The notes: generated by a model from the sequence alone, not told the origin. A DNA stretch of 64,000 nt from Okamejei kenojei (GCA_035221665.1 CM069133.1:95790001-95854000); one strand, 5' to 3'; counted from the stretch's first letter, positions 38,275 to 50,402 are shown. Made by a program: numbers and translations.

Positions 38275-40400
38275 AAAACATAGAACATAGAAGACTACAG
38301 CTCAGAAATGGCCCCTTTGGCCACAACCTCTGTGTCGAACATGATACCAAGTTACACTAATCACATCTGCTTGCATTTGATCCATTTCCCTCCATTCAAT
38401 GTACATCCATGTGCCTATCTAAAAGCCTTGTAAACGCAACTGTTGTATTTGCTTCCACCATCACCTCCAGCAGCATGATCCACGTACCCACTTGTTGCAC
38501 TGTGTAAAAAACATACTGCACACATTTTTAAACTTTCCTCCTCTGACCTTAAAGATATGCCCTCCAGTCTTTGACATTTCTACCCTGGGAAGAAAGGTTC
38601 TGACTGTCTACCCTATTTATGCCTCTGACATTCCAGAGAAAACAATCCATGTTTGTCCAACCTCTTCTTACAGCTAATACCCTCTCTTTAAAAGCAGCAT
38701 TACATAGAAACATAGAAATATAGAAAATAAATGCAGGAGTAGGCCATTCGGCCTTCGAGCCAGCACCGCCATTCATTGTGATCATGACTGATTGTCCCCA
38801 ATCAATAACCCGAGCCTGCCTTTTCCCCATATCCTTGTTTCCACCAGCCCCAAGAACGCTATCTAACTCTCTCTTGAATCCATCCAGTGATTTGGCCTCC
38901 ACTGCCTTCTGTGGCAGAGAATTCCAGAAATTCACAACTCTCTGGGTGAAAATGTTTTTTCTCACCCAAGTACTAAATGGCCTCCCCTTTAGTCTAAGAC
39001 TGTGGCCCCTGGTTCTGGACTCGCCCAACATTGGGAACATTTTTCCTGCGTCTAGCCTGTAAAGGTCCTTTTATAATTTTATATGTTTCTATACGATCCC
39101 TCGCCATCTTTCTAAACTACAGTGAATACAAGCTTAGTCATTTCAATTTTTCCTCATATGACAGTCCCAAAATCCCAGGGATCAATCTTGTGAAGCTACG
39201 CTGCATTGCCTCAATCACAAGGATGTCCTTCCTCAAATTAGGAGACCAAAACTGCACACAATACTCCAGATGTGGTCTTACCAGAGCCTTATACAACTGC
39301 AGAAGAACCTCTCAACTCCTATACTGAAATCCTCTTGTTATGAAGGCCAATATTCCATTACCTTTCTTCACAGCCTGCTGTACCTGCATGCCAACTTTCT
39401 GTGACCAGAATACAAGGACACCCAGGTCTCCCTTACCTAACCTAACCTAACCCCATTGAAATAATAATCTGCCTCCTTGTTTTTGCCACCGAAGTGGATA
39501 ACGTCACATTTATCTATATTATACTGCATCTGCCACGCATCTGCCCACTCACTCAACCTGTCCAGGTTACCCTGCATCCTCCTAACACCCTCTTCACAGT
39601 CCACACTGCCACCCAGCTTTGAGTCATCCGCAAACTTGCACCCCTTTTGTCTCATTTGCACACCTTACATTTCCTTATCTCTGTACCTCCCTCTCCCCTG
39701 ATTCACTGAAGAAGGGTCTTGACCCGAAACGTCACCCATTCCTTCTATTGAGAGATGCTGCCTGTCTCGCTGAGTTATTCCATCATTCTGTGCCTATATC
39801 CCGCTGTATCCTTTGACAGTATTCCTCACTGCCCGCAACTCCACCGACTTGCTATCATTGCAAACAAACTAATTTACATCCAAATCATTTATGTATCAGA
39901 AACAACCCAGCACAGATCACTACAGAGTACCATTCATCACAGCCTTCCAGCCAAAGTAACAGCCTTCACCACTATCCTCAGTTTTCTATGGGTAAGCCAT
40001 TTCTGAATCCAAACTACAGTCATCATGAATCCCATGCATCTTTATCTTCTGGAGCAGCCTACCGTGAAGGACTCAATCAAATGCTTTACTAAATTCCACA
40101 TATACATCCACTGCCCTACCCTTGTCAATCACCTTTATCACCAACTCAAAAATTCAATCGGGTTGCTAACAACTGACCTGCCAAAGAGAAAGCCATGCTG
40201 ATTCTCATTAATTATCCCATTCTATTCTAAATGCAAGTATATCTCATCCCGAAGAATCCTCTCCAACAACTTCCTCATTTCTGACATGAATCTCACAAGG
40301 CTATGATTTCCTAGATAATCTCTACTTCCCTTCTTAAACAAAAGATCAACATTGGCTACTCTCCAGATCTCCGTGACCTCACCTGTGCTGGAGAAGATAC
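38275..40400 (-). mobile_element. Cluster of CR1 fragments (38275-38680, 38703-39640, ~39800-40400) with a PLE pLTR at ~39645-39800
   Basis: ORFs 38549-39040, 39437-39661 (KFADDSKLGG) and 40222-40602 (WRVANVDLLFKKGSR); CATAGAAA tandem tails. Confidence 0.85.
39706..39740 (+). ncRNA. Minimal hammerhead core in a PLE pLTR
   Basis: CTGAAGA-A-GGGTC tt GACCC-GAAAC-GTC; stem I is weak. Confidence 0.55.
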
Positions 40401-40550
40401 TTCTCAATAAACTGTGATAGATCCAATTAGCCCCTGGGGAATGTAACCAGCTTGCAAGAGACCCACACCCTCTCCTTGTTAAATACTGTGCTCCTGGGAT
40501 CGGTGTTGCACTTGGGACTGTTTCCAATCCCTTTGCATAACTTGGACAAT

Positions 40551-40696
40551 GGGGTGGAAGATTGCAACCTACACGTGTTTCACCCTGTTTCGATGAATGC
40601 AATCAACCTGGCATGCACAATCAAATAAGATCAAATAGAACAAGTTGTCCTACAACTTTATGCGGTGCACGCCAAACGCAAGAAGAAGAAGAAGAT
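40551..40696 (+). mobile_element. Ribozyme-headed short retroposon, copy 2
   Basis: Same 5' start GGGGTGGAAGATTGCAACC, (AAG)n tail, TSD TTGGACAAT at 40542-40550 and 40697-40705. Confidence 0.85.
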
Positions 40697-41527
40697 TTGG
40701 ACAATGCAATTTGGTCTTGCCTTTAAATGTCTGCAGGGGAGAAGATGGATGGGGAGCAGCTGAATCATAAGAATAAGATTATAAACTACAGGTTAATCCA
40801 GTCTTTCAGATTATAAAGTAAACTAAGTCTACATTCAGAAGAGGTGGTAGATAGTGTGGATATAGCTCCTCTTTGGAGATGGGATCTACTCTTTTACTTC
40901 GGAGTCACGTGAGTGACTACGTGAATAGAAGCCCGTACAGCTGTTGGTGCGTCATGACGCCAGACGCTGGTGCAGTCGGACGGGGGGAGCAGCAGCGCTC
41001 CTCCGAGCGGTAAGTTTAAACCGCGGGTTACATGGAAAGCTGGAGAATTCAGCGGGTGCAGCGGCATCCAAGGAGCGAAGGAGATGGGCGACGTTTCGGG
41101 TCGAGACCCTTCTTCAAACTTCACCCTCCATTCTCCAGCAGTTTTCGTTAACAAGTTGAAACGAGGTAAGGTTTGTTGAAATACTTTACCACAGGTCTTT
41201 TTCTGCGACGGTTGGGAGTTTTTGTAGATATGTTGCAGAAAGGGAAGAAGGTGTCGGCGAGGCGCTCCGGGGGTAGAAAGGTAAAGTGGCAGGAGAGTGT
41301 TGAGGATGGAGGCCCGTCTGGTACACCTGGTCCGGTGCTGGCTACACAGCCAGTGGTTGCGGACCCACTGCCGGGGGGCAGTGGAGGCTTGTCAGTAGGG
41401 GGCCGCTGGCAAGTCTCTGTGGCCCGTAAATGAGTCGGGCCTGGAGGTTATACCCTCCATAGGAGAGTCCGTTTGCTCACGGCTCTCCCACGTCGAGATT
41501 CTATTTCAAAAGAATGCTCGACAGGGA

Positions 41528-41845
41528 CCAGCTCCGTGGGGAGGAGTGGTGCCCAAGCCAGGCTGATGGAGAGCTTGTGCTAGCAGCACCTGTTTCAGGG
41601 CTGCAGAACTATCCTGCCTGTGAGGAGGATGTTCCAGCTCCGTGAGGAGGAGTGATGCCCAAGCCAGGCTGATGGAGAGCTTGTGCTAGCAGCACCTGTT
41701 TCAGGGCTGCAGAACTATCCTGCCTGTGAGGAGGATGTTCCAGCTCCGTGAGGAGGAGTGATGCCCAAGCCAGGCTGATGGAGAGCTTGTGCTAGCAGCA
41801 CCTGTTTCAGGGCTGCAGAACTATCCTGCCTGTGAGGAGGATGTT
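41528..41845 (+). repeat. Tandem repeat, 3 x 106 bp, inside DIRS gag
   Basis: Units start at 41528, 41634 and 41740 (CCAGCTCCGTG...GAGGAGGATGTT). Confidence 0.95.
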
Positions 41846-42479
41846 CTATCAGGGCAGTTTGCTGGGGGAGAGCAGTAAAGGTGTTCGGTGGGAGGTAATT
41901 CCGAACATTGCTGGGAAGTTTGCTGAGTGTAGAGAGGCAGGAAAGGCGATTGATGTAGAATTGGCTGAAGCCATTCAGTATATGCTCTCCCACCAGTTAC
42001 AGGAGCTAGCTATGGATGAAGTAGCAAAAAACTATAAAGCTCCTGTTAATTGAGATCTCCTGAAGGTACCGGTGGTTAGTCACCAAATTTGGTCATAGAT
42101 GGGTTTACCTGCTAGGGCCCAGGAGATGAAGTTTTAAAAAGTGCTTAAACTGTTGTCAGCAGGTATTACAGCTGTGGTGAAAGTTATTGATACAAATGAT
42201 ATGGTTGAAGCACAGCAGGATGAACTGGAACTCCTTTGTAATGCATTTTGAAACCAGTGTACCACCACGAAATCTGTTGTTTGGTGGTAATTTTGCAAAA
42301 AGGGTCAAAGACTGTTATGAGGTTGTTATAACCATGGCTCTCATTAAGCCAGCTGGAAGCAAGGCAAAAAAGGTTCTCTACAAGAAGTCGAGGACAACAA
42401 GGCCGCAAGGAAAGATGCTGGTAAGGAATTACCATTGACAGACAACGAATTAACTGATGTTCCTGTTCAAATTGGGGAA

Positions 42480-44320
42480 GGTAAAAATTGTTTCTCAAAC
42501 AATGGCAGCAGTTGACATCAGATTTGTTCATACTTAGTGTATTGAAGGGGTGAAAAATTGGATTTTACTATAAGGACAGTCTACCTAGTCAACATTTTCC
42601 TAGTAGTAAACTTATTTTCAGATGAGGAAAATGTGCTTATTCAAGCAGAGATTCAGTCGTTACATGAGAAGGGGTAATTGAGCCTTCTGTCTATCAAAGT
42701 CAACAATTTCTGTCAAGTATATTTCCCAGATCTAAAAAGACTGGGAGATGTAGAATTATTCTGGATTTATCGAATTTGACCAAATTTGTTTGTTATAGGC
42801 ATTTCAAAATGGAGAACTTTACCACGGGCAAACATCTAGTGTCCAAAGGGTATTATATGGCAACCATTGATTTAAAGAATGCATATTACACAGTGTCTAT
42901 TCATGGTGATGATAGAAGATATTTGAAATTTATTTGGATGACTGAGCTGTGGCAATTCAGGACATTGCCGAATGGATTAACTTCAGCTCCTAGATTATTT
43001 ACTAAATTGGTAAAACCTGTGTTAGCATTGCTTAGAGCTCAGGGGCATGTGGTAATGGCCTATTTAGATGATTTCTGATTGTTGGAAAGACTCATGCTGA
43101 AACTCAATCATCAGTTTCAGTTGTTAAAATCATTTTTGAACATATGGGATTTGTTATTCACCCAGGTAAATCTAAATTATCACCAGTCCAAATTATTGAT
43201 TATCTGGGATTTACCATTAATTCCAATCACATGTTGGTAACTTTGCCCAGGGATAAATTGAATCAGTTAATTGAGGACTGTGTTAATCTCGTTGGAGAAC
43301 AACGGCCTTTGATTAGACAAGTAGCCAGTTTTATTGGGAAGTTGTTGCAGCTTTTCCAGCTGTGCAGTATTGTCCTCTGCATTATCAACAATTACAACCA
43401 TCAAAGGAACAGGCACTGAGAATACAAAGGGGCTATTTTTGATAGGCCTATGCAGTTGTCAGCTGGGGCGATTGCTGACATACAATGGTGGATAGTACAT
43501 GTTTCAAAAAATTTAAGGAAGGTTTCGTGGAATCACCGTCACTGATATTACAGACTGATGTGAGTGCACTGGGTTGGGGTGCAACAGATATGTCTTCTAG
43601 TTGTGGAGGCAGATGGAATGTGGATGAGACATCGCTTCCTCAATTAAGAGGGACTGATTATTTAGAGTTGTTGGGCACCTGGTATGGGCTCAAAGCTTAT
43701 TGTTCTACAAGGAGGGATCTGCATGTGCAGCTCAGATTCACAACACCACAGCAGTGGCATATGTAAACCACATGGGTGGAGTTAAGTCACAGTCTTGTGA
43801 TAGACCGGCTAACCAGATTTGGAGCTGGTGTATTGACCAAAATATCTGGCTTTCAGCACTTTATTTGCCAGGAAGAGGTCACGTCAGTTAATGACAACAT
43901 TGAATGGATGTTAAATCAGGATGTGTTTAACCAAATGATTGATCAGTATGCATTGCCAGATATTGACTTGTTTGCATCTCGATTAAATCATCAGTTACCT
44001 AGATATGTTTCATGGTAACCAGATACTGGGGCAGTAGCAGTGGATGCATTTTCGCTGCATTGGGGGAGGAATGTTTGTGTATGTATTTCCTTCATTCTGT
44101 CTCATCAGCAGATGTTTGCAAAAGATCAAGGAGGACTCCGCTTCAGGGGTATTGGTAGTGCCAGATTGGCCTACACGAGCATGGTTTCCCGTTGTATTAC
44201 AAATGGCTAGGGAGCCTTACATGCTTATGCCCAAGAATAAAAATCTACTGGTAAATCCAGTCACTGGGGATCAACATCCTTTATAGGATCGTATTGATCT
44301 GTTAATTTGCAGATTATAAG
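42480..44320 (+). pseudogene. DIRS pol (RT, RNase H, MT-like), frameshifted
   Basis: ORFs 42776-43078, 43144-43419, 43485-43766 (LQTDVSALGWG), 43700-43891, 43776-44018 (IDLFASRLN) and 44044-44286 (VPDWPTRAWFP). Confidence 0.92.
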
Positions 44321-45125
44321 GAGGCCATACCTGGGGAGAGGACTGTCTCATCGGACGGTGGATGTTCTCACGTCGGCCTGCAGGGATAGTACACAGCAGC
44401 AATATATCACCTATATAAGGAAGTGGGAGCAATTCTGCCTACAGCAGGATATTGTATACCACACGTCAGGGATCACGGATGTATTGGAGTTGTCAACTCT
44501 TTATTTTGACCAAAAAATTAAGTTACAGTGCAATTAATTCAGCCAGAAGTGCTCTGTCTTCTTATTTACCTATGAATGCAGAATTGCATACAGTAGAGAC
44601 ACATCCGTTAGTTCACGATTCATGAAGGGAGTTTCAATTCTAATCCTCCTAAACTCAGGTATGCCGGTATTTGCAATGTGAGTGAGGTTTTTATGCTTCT
44701 TCGCCAGTGGGCTCCGGTTACAAGCCTATCTATAGCCAAAGTAACTATGAAGGTGGTCATGCTTCTGGTGTTGGTTTCAGCCCAATGTGTACAAACATTG
44801 CAAAAGCTACGGCTAGATAGAATGCATGTGTCGGCTGATGCCATTATATTTTATATCTATGATTTGCTTAAACATAATAAAAGAGGCATGACAGGATGTA
44901 AGATGGTGTTTTCAGCATACCCCGCAGATGATCGCTTCTGTATAGTCTCAAATTTATCTCTTTACATTGAGATTACTAAACCTCTGAGAGGAACAGAGTT
45001 GGCTTTGTTTATTAGTCACAAAAAACCACACAGTAAGGTGTCGGTGCAAACGATTGCAAGGTCCTCGCGGCCGCAGGATGGTCCAGTGAGCTAATTTTCA
45101 GAGGTTTTGTCACAAGCCGATTTCA
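44313..45125 (+). pseudogene. DIRS tyrosine recombinase with the HSTR box deleted
   Basis: ORFs 44307-44537 and 44678-45094; at ~45060 the sequence jumps from QTIAR to LAAAGWSS, skipping the HSTR segment present in copies A and C. Confidence 0.85.
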
Positions 45126-46654
45126 AGGCTCGGGGTGTTTGCTGATTCTGGTGTCAGTACTGTTACATTTTTCCCCTGAGTTAGAGGGGTTTGTTATGAT
45201 CTGTTTGTAAATAAACTGTTATTCCATTTAACAAATGTATTACTGATGCATGATTGATTGTTAACGACTTTTGAGTCAATCCAGGCAGTGTGAACGTCGG
45301 ATTTGAGTCTGCGGCATGAATTCACAGTGCTTTGAAGTCTTCACGTAGTCACTCACGTGACTCCGAAGTAAAATAGTAAGATTAAACGAGAACTTACCAG
45401 TTTGAAGTTTGATCTTTATTTTATGAGGAGTCGAGTTGAGGGACTACGTGCCCTCCGCTCCCACCCTCATAGATCTCATCTGGTAGTTCTAGTTTTATCA
45501 TCTTACCGTTATACTTCGGTCATTGTTAGCTGTGAATTCATTCCGCTGCTTTGAAGATTGACGCACCAACGGCTGTACGGGCTTCTATTCACGTAGTCCC
45601 TCAACTCGACTCCTCATAAAATAAAGATCAAACTTCAAACTGGTAAGTTCTCGTTTAATCTACTCTTATATCAAATTTTGAACATCTATTTTACTTTTTA
45701 TCCTTAAGTTTGCAAATTGGCTGCAAGTTGTTCACTAAAAGTCATCTTGTGTACGAGTTCAGACTGCCACATTGGCAGGGCAAGAATAATTTGATATGTC
45801 TTTCAAGATTTAATTGAACCTTTTGGTGATTGGCTAACTACTGAACACTTATCAAGGTAAAGACTGACTTTTATAGTTCCACCTGACAGATGCACTCTCA
45901 GTGATCATGTGATATTGATGCCACCTAAAATATCGATCCATTTCACAAAATGGTGTCGTGCATTCAAATTTAAACCTTGGTATCTGTTACCTTTAAAAAA
46001 ACACATTAAATGAGCTTGGCAGGTTGTTTACTGGTAGCGCAGAACATTCATCTCATTATTGAGATGCTTGACTAAAAATTATTGTCCTGATCTACTGCAG
46101 AAATTGATTTTTAAAAATGTTATAAAGCGGCTGGAGCTGTGCTATAAAAACATCCTATAAAATGTGCATCATTTTGTGAGCTAAAAGCAACGTGACTCAT
46201 TGCAAAGAGCTTGTTCAAAGGCTGGGAGTGAAAAACAGCTCTACGGTAATAGTTATTTTCTGTTGTATTCAGACTGATTTGGCAACATGTTATTGTAGAA
46301 CATTTTGTGGTTCTTCCTTACATTTATGTCATTTTTTATTTCAAAGTTGTCCATGGCTTTAGATGACCATATTGTTTTAGAGGAGCATTCACGAAATATA
46401 AAATTGAAGGTTGAGTCTTTAGTTATTTCCATTTGTATTAAGGGGCCCACCACATGTGGTTTTGTGTTGGAGAAAATAATCTAGTTCCAAGCCCCCCACC
46501 CCCCCCCCCCCCACCTTACATCTCATCTATCTTCTCATCACCCACCCCTCCCTACTACAGTAACTATACTATTTATATTCTGGCCCTTCTCCGTTTCCTT
46601 CTTCCCACTATAAAAAGGATCCTGAAGATGATTGGGTTAAAGATGAGGAGTGTT

Positions 46655-46736
46655 TGATGACTGGGCCTGTGCTTGCTGGAGTTTAGAAGAATGAGGGGGT
46701 ATCTCATTGAACAAATAATGAAAGGCCTCGATAGAA
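46655..46736 (+). mobile_element. CR1 3' fragment, left half (continues at 51189-51515)
   Basis: ...GGCCTCGATAGAA joins TGGATGTTTCCTG...GGACCAGAGGG across DIRS C. Confidence 0.8.
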
Positions 46737-47177
46737 TAGTAAGATTAAATGAGAACTTACCAGTTTGAAGTTTGATCTTTATTTTATGAGGGATTACGTG
46801 AAGAAAACCCCGTTAGGCCGCATGCGCGTCAATCTTCAAAGCAGCGGTATGAAATCACAGGTAACAGTAATTTAAGTATAATAGTAAGAGCAGAAACCTA
46901 GAACTACCAGATGACCTTTGTGAGAGAGGGTTGGCCGTGGAGGGCACGTAATCCCTCAACGTAACTCCTCATAAAATAAAGTTCAAACTACAAACTGGTA
47001 AGTTATCGTTTAATCTTACTATTTTACTTCGGAGTCACGCGAGTGACTACGTGAAGATTTCAAAGCTCTGTGATTTCATGCTGTAGATTCAAATCCAGGC
47101 ATCTCATTGCATTTATTGACTCAGAATGAGGAAATAATCAATAATGCATTAAACCATGACATTGATTTTAAATGTAA

Positions 47178-47547
47178 CTAGACCAAGTGCAGCCACGGGG
47201 GAAAAAAAATGGCGGTGTTTTTGGAGGAGAGCGGGCTGCAGCAGCTGCAGTTATGGTGCCTGGCCAGCAAGAGGCCAGAAAATGAGCGAGTGTGTGTGTG
47301 TGGGGGGGGGTGGGGTGGGGGGGGGGGGGGGGGGGGTGAAGGATTTTATTTTAAAAAGTGTACATAAAAATGTCTAAATGTAATGAGGAATGAATGGGTG
47401 AACGTAAAAGTGTAATATGTAGCAAAATGGAAAATATCTCGGGGTTTGAAAGTGTGGTTTTGGCGAACCATGAAATCAAAGGGCAAATCTGACACACACC
47501 AGGTCGGTCGGCAGACACACACACACAGAGTTTTAATAGTATGTAGA
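47178..47547 (-). mobile_element. Non-autonomous Helitron inserted in the DIRS C 3' region
   Basis: Minus strand A|TCTACATACTATTAAAACTCTGTGTG...CTAG|T; empty site AAATGTAA|TAACGGTT resembles the paralogous DIRS B sequence. Confidence 0.82.
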
Positions 47548-47599
47548 TAACGGTTAATTTTTAAAGAAAACAATAGCAACCCCTCTGTCCAGGGGGAAG

Positions 47600-48578
47600 C
47601 TATAAAAGCTGAACTTAAAACAGAACAGGCAAATACCCCAGGTTCAGCAAGTGGTTTGTAATAATATTGCTGAAACATCCGCTCACTTGACCACCCTGCG
47701 GCCGCGAGGATATGGTCTATAGGGACATCCATTGCCTTGGCCGCTGACGTTGATGCCGCCCTGGTGGAATGAGATTTAAAAATGTCAGTGTCAATACCTG
47801 CATAAGCCAGAACCTGCTTTAGCCACCTTGAAATAGTCTGAACCATCACTTTATTAAGTGTTTTTTTGTGGCTAATCAATAATGTTGATTCCTCACCTCT
47901 TAAGGTGCTGGTGGCCTTGATGTAACCCAATAAGTATGAGACCACACATAGGCGTGAATCCGTAGGGTATGCCGAAAGCGTAATTCTAAACCCTGTCATA
48001 CCCGGTCTGCTCTGTTTGAGTAGATCGTAGATGGAAAATGTAATGGCATCTGTAGACACTTCCATCCTGTCGAGTCACAGTTTTTGTAATGTCTGCACCT
48101 GTTGTGCCGAAACCAGTGCCATGAGCATGACTACCTTCATGGAAAGTTTGGCCAAACACAGGGCTGTGATACGAGTCCATTGACGAAGGAGCATAAGTAC
48201 TTCGCTAACATCCCAGATTGTCGAATACCTGGGCCTGGGAGGATTGGAATTAAAAATCCTCTTCATAAATTTAGAGATGAGAGGGTGTGAATCCACGGAA
48301 TATCGTTCCGATCCCATCCATAAATATGAAGACAGGGCACTTCTGGCCGTATTGATCGCACTATAGCTTAATCGTTGATCGAAAAAGAGGATGGATAGGA
48401 ACTCTAGTACTTCGGAGATGCCTGCTGTGTAGTATGAAATATTTTGCCGGAAGCAGAACAACTCCAATTTCCTTATATAAGAAATGTACTGCTTCTGGGT
48501 ACTATCCCTCCTGGCCGCAGTAAGAACATCCACAGTGCGATCCGATAGTCCTCTCCCCAGGTATGGCCTGCTTAGAAT
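47600..48578 (-). pseudogene. DIRS tyrosine recombinase, one frameshift
   Basis: RLSYSAINTARSALS...LCVV...ISRWLKQVL...FKSHSTRAASTSAA...AAAGWSSERMFQQYYYKP. Confidence 0.92.
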
Positions 48579-48807
48579 CTGCAAACCAACAGATTGATAC
48601 GATCATATAAAGGGTGTTGAGCACCAGTTACAGGGTGTACCAGTAGGTTTTTACGTTTGGGAACAGTCATAAGTGGCTGTATGTTTATCTGTAACACGAG
48701 AGGGAACCATGGCTGAGTAGGCCAATCGGGTACCACCAATACTCCCGAGGCGGAGTCCTGCTTAATTTTTTGCAGACACCGGCTGATGAGGCAGAAAGAA
48801 GGAAATT

Positions 48808-48960
48808 GCACTACTGACACTGTTGTACATATATATATTTTACCGTTCATTATTCTAAGTTCGCTCTTCTGGGGAGATGCTAACTGCGTTTCGTTGTCTC
48901 TGTACTGTACACCGCACAATGACAATTAAAGATCGAATTGAATTGAATTGAATTGAATTG
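48808..48960 (+). mobile_element. LINE 3'-UTR fragment (Rex1-like) with (GAATT)n tail inside the DIRS MT region
   Basis: TGCGTTTCGTTGTCTCTGTACTG...AATGACAATTAAAG plus (GAATT)n; short GAAAT duplication at the junctions. Confidence 0.7.
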
Positions 48961-50182
48961 AAATGCATAGACAAACATTCCACCCCAATGCAGCGAGAAT
49001 GCATCTACCGCTGCTGCCCCAAGATCTGGTTCCCATGAAACATATTTAGGCAACTGGTGGTTTAGTCTGGATGCAAACAAATCGATATCTGGCATCCCAT
49101 ACTGAGCAACAACATCGTTAAATATGTCATGATTCAACATCCATTCTGTGCTGTCATTGAATTTGCAAGACCTTGTGTCTGCCACGATGTTGAATCTACC
49201 TGGTAGGTAGATAGCTGAATGCCTAATGTCTCTTGAAATACACCAGTCCCAATTAGATTTACCAATCTATCACAAGATTCCGACTTGATTCCACCCATAT
49301 GATTAACATACGCCACTGCCGTGGTGTTGTCAATCTAAACTTGAACATGCAAGTGACTTTTAGTAGAACAATAAGCTTTAAGCCCATAAAATGTTCCCAA
49401 AAGCTCCAAATAATTAATTCCTCGTGATTGCAGAAGAGGTGCCTCATGCATATTCCATCTGCCTCCACAGCTGAAAATAGTATCAGTAGCGCCCCAACCT
49501 AGTGCACTGACATCAGTCTGTAAGACAATAGAAGGTGGTTCAGACAGAATTTGGCTGGAAGAACTTGAGATATTCATAATCCACCATTGTACTTCAGCAA
49601 AGGCCGCAGGTGGTATTTGCATGGGCCTGTCATAATGACCTGAATGGTATCGTCAGTGCCTGTTCCTTTGCTCGCTGCAATTGCTGGTAATGTAGAGGTC
49701 CAAACTGCACAGCTGGAAACTAAGCCACCAATTTGCCAACCAAGCTGGCCACTTGTCTAATTGAAAGTTGTTGTGTTTCAATGAGCTTAACACAACCTTC
49801 AATTAGCTGCAGCCTTTTGTCCCTGGGCAGAGTTACTGACATGTGATCTGAGTTAATAGTGAAACCTAAATAATCAATAATTCTGACTGGTGTTAATTTG
49901 GACTTATCTGGATGAATGATAAACCCCATCCTTTCAAAAGTGAGCTTAGCAACTCATACCGATGATTCAGCTGTGTCCCGAGTCTTTCCTACAATAAAAA
50001 TATTTCCCAAATAGGCCATTACAATATGACCCTGAGCTCTAAGTAGCCCCAGTATTGGCTTTAACAATTTGGTGAACAATCTCGGAGCTGGGGTTAATCC
50101 ATTAGGCAGTACTTTGAATTGCCATAATTGATTCATCCAGCTAAATTTCAAATATCTCCTATCATCGAAGTGAACAGACACT

Positions 50183-50402
50183 GGGGTGTAAGATTGCAAC
50201 TTTCACGTGGTCCGTCCTGTTTCGACTAATGCAATCAACTCGACGTGCACAAACGGAAGATCAAATAGAACAAGTTGTCCAACAACTTTAGGCTGTGCAC
50301 GCCACGGAGGAGGAGGGAGGGAGGGAGGAGGGAGGAGGGAGGAGGAGGGAGGAGGGAGGAGGGAGGAGGAGGAGGAGGAGGGAGGAGGAGGAGGAGGGGG
50401 GA
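50183..50402 (+). mobile_element. Ribozyme-headed short retroposon, copy 3, with GGA-rich tail
   Basis: HDV-like fold 50183-50236, same 3' domain; sits in the DIRS C RT with a target deletion instead of a TSD. Confidence 0.8.

Larger units (their letters stand above)
40892..45665 (+). mobile_element. DIRS1-type retrotransposon B, complete architecture, decayed ORFs
   Basis: Left ITR 40892-40955, gag from ATG 41230, RT (IDLKNAYY...LPNGLTSAPRLFTK...AYLDD), RH, MT, YR, ICR ~45340-45450, right ITR ~45559-45665. Confidence 0.95.

Noticed and set aside
41528-41845. Repeat array considered as CRISPR-like
   Set aside because: Contiguous 106-bp units with no unique spacers; eukaryotic transposon context.
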